Below, piece after piece: positions 60,201-64,000 of a stretch of 64,000 bases of DNA. Position 1 is the stretch's first letter, and every line of letters begins with the position of its first letter. The position numbers were made by a program, and so were the translations under genes. The notes below the pieces were generated by a model that was given only the letters and a program-made list of their open reading frames with translations, did not search any database and was not told the DNA's origin. Source of the DNA: Callorhinchus milii (taxonomy: Eukaryota); the NCBI RefSeq assembly GCF_018977255.1, contig NW_024704743.1, forward strand, positions 79,734,001 through 79,798,000, given 5' to 3'.

Positions 60201-62299
60201 TTCGGGTAAAATGAAAGACTCTGAGACACGCTCACCAGAGCCTTGGTCAGAGAGAAACATCACTAGGTCTCAACTTTACAACAACTAAGGAACAAACTCC
60301 CCCAAACCCAGGCTGTCTATTCTGGTTACCTGAGCACCAGGTACTTTCTCCAGGAAGTAACAAGATTCTCTTAAAAGTTGAAACTTCCCGTGATTTTACG
60401 TGTCAGTAACTCAGAGAGGGTGGTGAGCAAGAACCAGCCCCACACTATGAGGGAGGTATAATATTTGAGTTCTGAGATATCTGGTTGATCAGGGTTAAGT
60501 GGAGGTGACTGGGTACATTTTTTCCAGTTTTGCTCGGTGTGTTGCCAGTACTACATAGAGCAGTGGAATGTCACGCCTCCCACTGCCTTGAATCCTAATA
60601 GATGTGAAAGCACTGATCAGCTCAGCCTCTACTCCCTGCTTTGAGGTGCCTCATACAACCAGAAGGGGGGAATACAAATAATATTCTCCATTCTCCTTTG
60701 AAAGCCTGGAATATTATTCACTAGATCAAATTAGACTTGATTTCCCAGAGTGAAAGTTCCTGGCTATTGTGAACTGTGCAAAACGAATGCAGCAGTACTA
60801 CAGTTAGCCACTGGATGGGTGCCTGGAAGAGGCGATATCAGCTAAGGTGATGCCAGCTATTTGAAATATGTAATGAGGTGCAGCGTCAACATCTGCTGCA
60901 GGGGGTCAGCTGAATAACTCTGTCTGCACTTCAAGGTCCTGTGCCGAACGTGATGGTCTCCAGCGACAATCAGCACCATTGATGAAAGGAAAATCAAGTC
61001 TTAAATCCCACAGCGCTAGTTAATTTTTCCTAGAACAGTTACATAGCTATTGAAACGTGCTGTTATTTCAGATTCAGAGATATTTATTTCTTATACTTTT
61101 ATGCCTCGGGCGTTCCGAACGTAACTGCTTGCATACAGTTAAGTGGGTTCTCGCTCTTACTCGTGCTGCATTAGACAGACTGGGTTCTCACATTACATTT
61201 AATGAATCTCTGCATAGTAAATCAGCCACACTTCCGCTCTCCCAGCTCATTTTATTGTTAATTCTTTCCAGGCTACTCTGCTTCAGGAGTTGACCTCAGT
61301 TACAAATTGCCTCATTAATGCCAGGCATGAAAAGCCAGTGGATGAGAATGACTCAGGCACTCCGGCTGAGTGCTCAGATCACAGAAATAGCTGCCCTTGC
61401 TGGTCCCTGCAGTTGCTTCGTATCGATTTACAGAAGTCACCTGATGGACCTGCTGGAGTCTGCGTCAAGGCATGATGCAACCTCCAGTAACCACTGCGCT
61501 GAATTCAAGCACCTATTTCTGTAAAATGATCCGACTGGAGGAACTTATCTCTTAAAGGGCTTAAATTCTCCCTGGCATCACATTTCCTTATAGTCTTAAA
61601 GCAAATAGGCAATTGCTGCTCATTGCATTAGATGCAGAAGAAATACTCATCATCTGCCACAGCCTGAAGAAAACCAACCAGTGATGGAAAACATCACAGG
61701 GGGTGGCCAATTGACATTATAGAGCTCAGGACATCAGTTTCACTGTGAGTGTGTGGAATTCAAGTGTGCTCACTGGTGATGGTGGAGGTATTGAAGGTAA
61801 CTTAGCGAGTCCCTGCCCACACATCCTGATCAGCAGTCAATGCAGGTAGCCCACATACTTATGTGCAACGCCAAACAGAGGCAGTTCTTCCAGGTTCCCA
61901 GCACAATGGACTCCTACACACAGAGCCTTAACAACTGCAAACCACAGAATTATTTCCACTGGATTAGTGGGCAGGAAATAAGAGGTGTCTTCACACGTCA
62001 TATGATAAGCATGCAGCCCGATTCGTTGAGTCCTGAGTTGCACATGCACACATACACACAGAGGGAACATAGAGTGGAATGCTTTTCACCAGGTATCTGT
62101 GTTGCCAAATGCTGCAGTTTTTATCTCCAGTTTGAAAGCTTTTCAAACAAAATTTCTCTCCTGAAGGCAATGATTGATGATGGTAAGGTTCCACGGGCAA
62201 TGTCTTTTCTACCATCCCTCACCAAAAACAACCAATCTTCACATCTGAGCCCAGATCATTCTTCTTGTGTGAGTTCAAACAGTGAGTGTCACAAGATTA

Positions 62300-62515
62300 T
62301 TTGCCTGTGTGTGTGGGGGGGTGGCACAGCCAAGCTCAATCCTGTTCTACTTGACATCCATGCAAACATCCTCTCGTATTACCAGTTACCAGTCACATGC
62401 AGGAACCCTGGCTGATTATCCCCTCTCCAGCCTATAGATTCCAAGGTCAGTTATGACCACCTCACTGTCACTCTGGCTAACCTCAACCCATTGATCAAAC
62501 CTGGGACTTTCTGAT
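62300..62515 (-). mobile_element. SINE family C copy
   Basis: GGCACAGCCAAGCTCAATCCTGTTC..CAGGAACCCTGGCTGATT. Confidence 0.5.
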
Positions 62516-62519
62516 CAAT

Positions 62520-62860
62520 AAAATAATCTTGCATTTGATATAGCACTATGATGTTGAAACATCTCAATGCACTTCACAGGTAATTGCTGTCAAGTGTAGT
62601 GTCTATATATTTTGTAGGCAATTATGGCAGCTGATTTGTGCATAGCAATGACCAATGTTGGCTAGGATACCAGGAGAAATCCTTCTCTTTCGAATAGTAT
62701 CATAAGATCTTTATCATTTACCTGAACAGGCAGATGGGACCTCAGTTCAGCATATTATCCAAAGGACGATACCAAGATTGTGAGCCAAAAGTTGTGACGT
62801 AGGGCTTGAACCCACAACCTACTGGCAAAGAGTGCTCCCAATTGAGTTGAACTGACACCT
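62520..62860 (-). mobile_element. Deu-domain SINE
   Basis: Runs from the tail to the head (..CTGACACC) on the minus strand. Confidence 0.8.
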
Positions 62861-63204
62861 TAAAATGGTAATATAGCTCATACCATAGCCACAGGTGCAT
62901 TTACCCATTGAGCCATCAGTAGCGCTTGTGTTCATTGCTTGTCAGTTTTTGCTCTAATTTCTTAAGATTTGCTTGTGCGTCACAGACAGAATCCGGCACC
63001 CCAAATTGCTGCTCTATTAATGTCCGCTAGGTGGAGCGTTAGGATGAAGTAACCCTCTCTCCATTGTTTCCTCCAATGGTCGGGAGGGGAGATACCCTAG
63101 TCTCCATCCTGTTCTCTCCCATTCAACAGTGACGGGCATTCAGCCATTGTGGTCTGTGCTAGTTTTTCTACGATCTACTTTAATTCGATTTATCTGCTAT
63201 ATGT

Positions 63205-63600
63205 GTGTCATCCTGGCACATATGTAGCACTATCGCCTCTGATTGGTTGTGAGTTCAAGTCCCATTCACAACTTGGAATCAGATAGTCTATTGCAGTGCT
63301 GGGGGAGTGTTGCATTGTCAGAAGGTACCATCGTTCAGATGAGATGTCAATCCAAGGTCCCATCTGCCTGTTCATGGCACTATTTAAAAACAGAGAACGG
63401 CGTTGCTCCCGGTGTCCTCGTCAACAATTCCCCCAAATAAAATTGGTCACTCACTCCGTGGCTGTTTGTGAGATATTGCTTTGCACAACTGGCTACCGTA
63501 TTTCTCCCACAAAGTGACTCCACTTTACATACATCTGGTGAAGCACTTTGAGATGCCTTAACACTATGAGGCACTATATCAAATGCAAGGATTATTATTA
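63205..63600 (+). mobile_element. Full-length Deu-domain SINE
   Basis: Head GTGTCATCCTGGCAC..GAGTTCAAGTCCC, Deu core, tail AAATGCAAGGATTATTATTA. Confidence 0.85.
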
Positions 63601-64000
63601 TATGAAACCAGTTTGCTCTTTCCGAATGACATCAGTCCCATCAGCCTTACACTGATCTTCGTTTGTGCTTTGACCCAGTGTCACAATCTGGATTCAGTAT
63701 CCAAATTCATGTGGGTAGATTAAGTGCAGCTGTCCCACTAAGGAAGAGATCCTTAATTATTTTACAAAAATAATGCAAAACTCTCCAATGACAAGGAGGC
63801 CCTTTGAAAACAGCTATCCAAATCAATCCCACTCCCCTGCTCTCTCCCCATAGCCCTGCAAATGTTCCTCCCCAAATAATATCTAGTAAAAAAAGAGCCA
63901 ATTTGCATGGTCCAGCTCAGTGGAACTGTACCCCATCAAATTGCATTTAACTAGCAGCCTTCATGAGGTTAGCGACTCAGATCACGCCTCAGTTAGAGTC

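Overview
This is repeat-rich, CpG-depleted vertebrate non-coding DNA, probably an intergenic region or large intron. The repeat content points to a cartilaginous fish, probably a chimaera such as Callorhinchus milii (inference from recalled repeat families, not a database match). I recognise no host protein-coding gene: every long ORF is a LINE reverse-transcriptase remnant, a SINE or microsatellite artefact, or unrecognisable. Contents: (1) a young tRNA-headed SINE with a (TTA)n tail, in short and long forms; (2) many older Deu-domain (SacSINE1-like) SINEs; (3) a third, old tRNA-headed SINE family; (4) L2 and CR1 LINE fragments; (5) a foldback MITE family and an unclassified 3-copy repeat. 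Most interesting observations: a four-element nest at 32.1-34.3 kb containing a TSD-flanked palindromic Penelope-like insert with two degenerate hammerhead-ribozyme cores; modular SINE evolution, with the youngest SINE sharing its 3' tail with one local L2 lineage; repeated L2 insertions into the same short stretch of SINE/L2 tails; a small CpG-rich promoter-like element at 19.3 kb; a candidate 18-nt minus-strand microexon at 54353-54370; and several homeodomain-motif-rich blocks resembling conserved enhancers. Repeat boundaries were read by eye and are approximate for the old copies.
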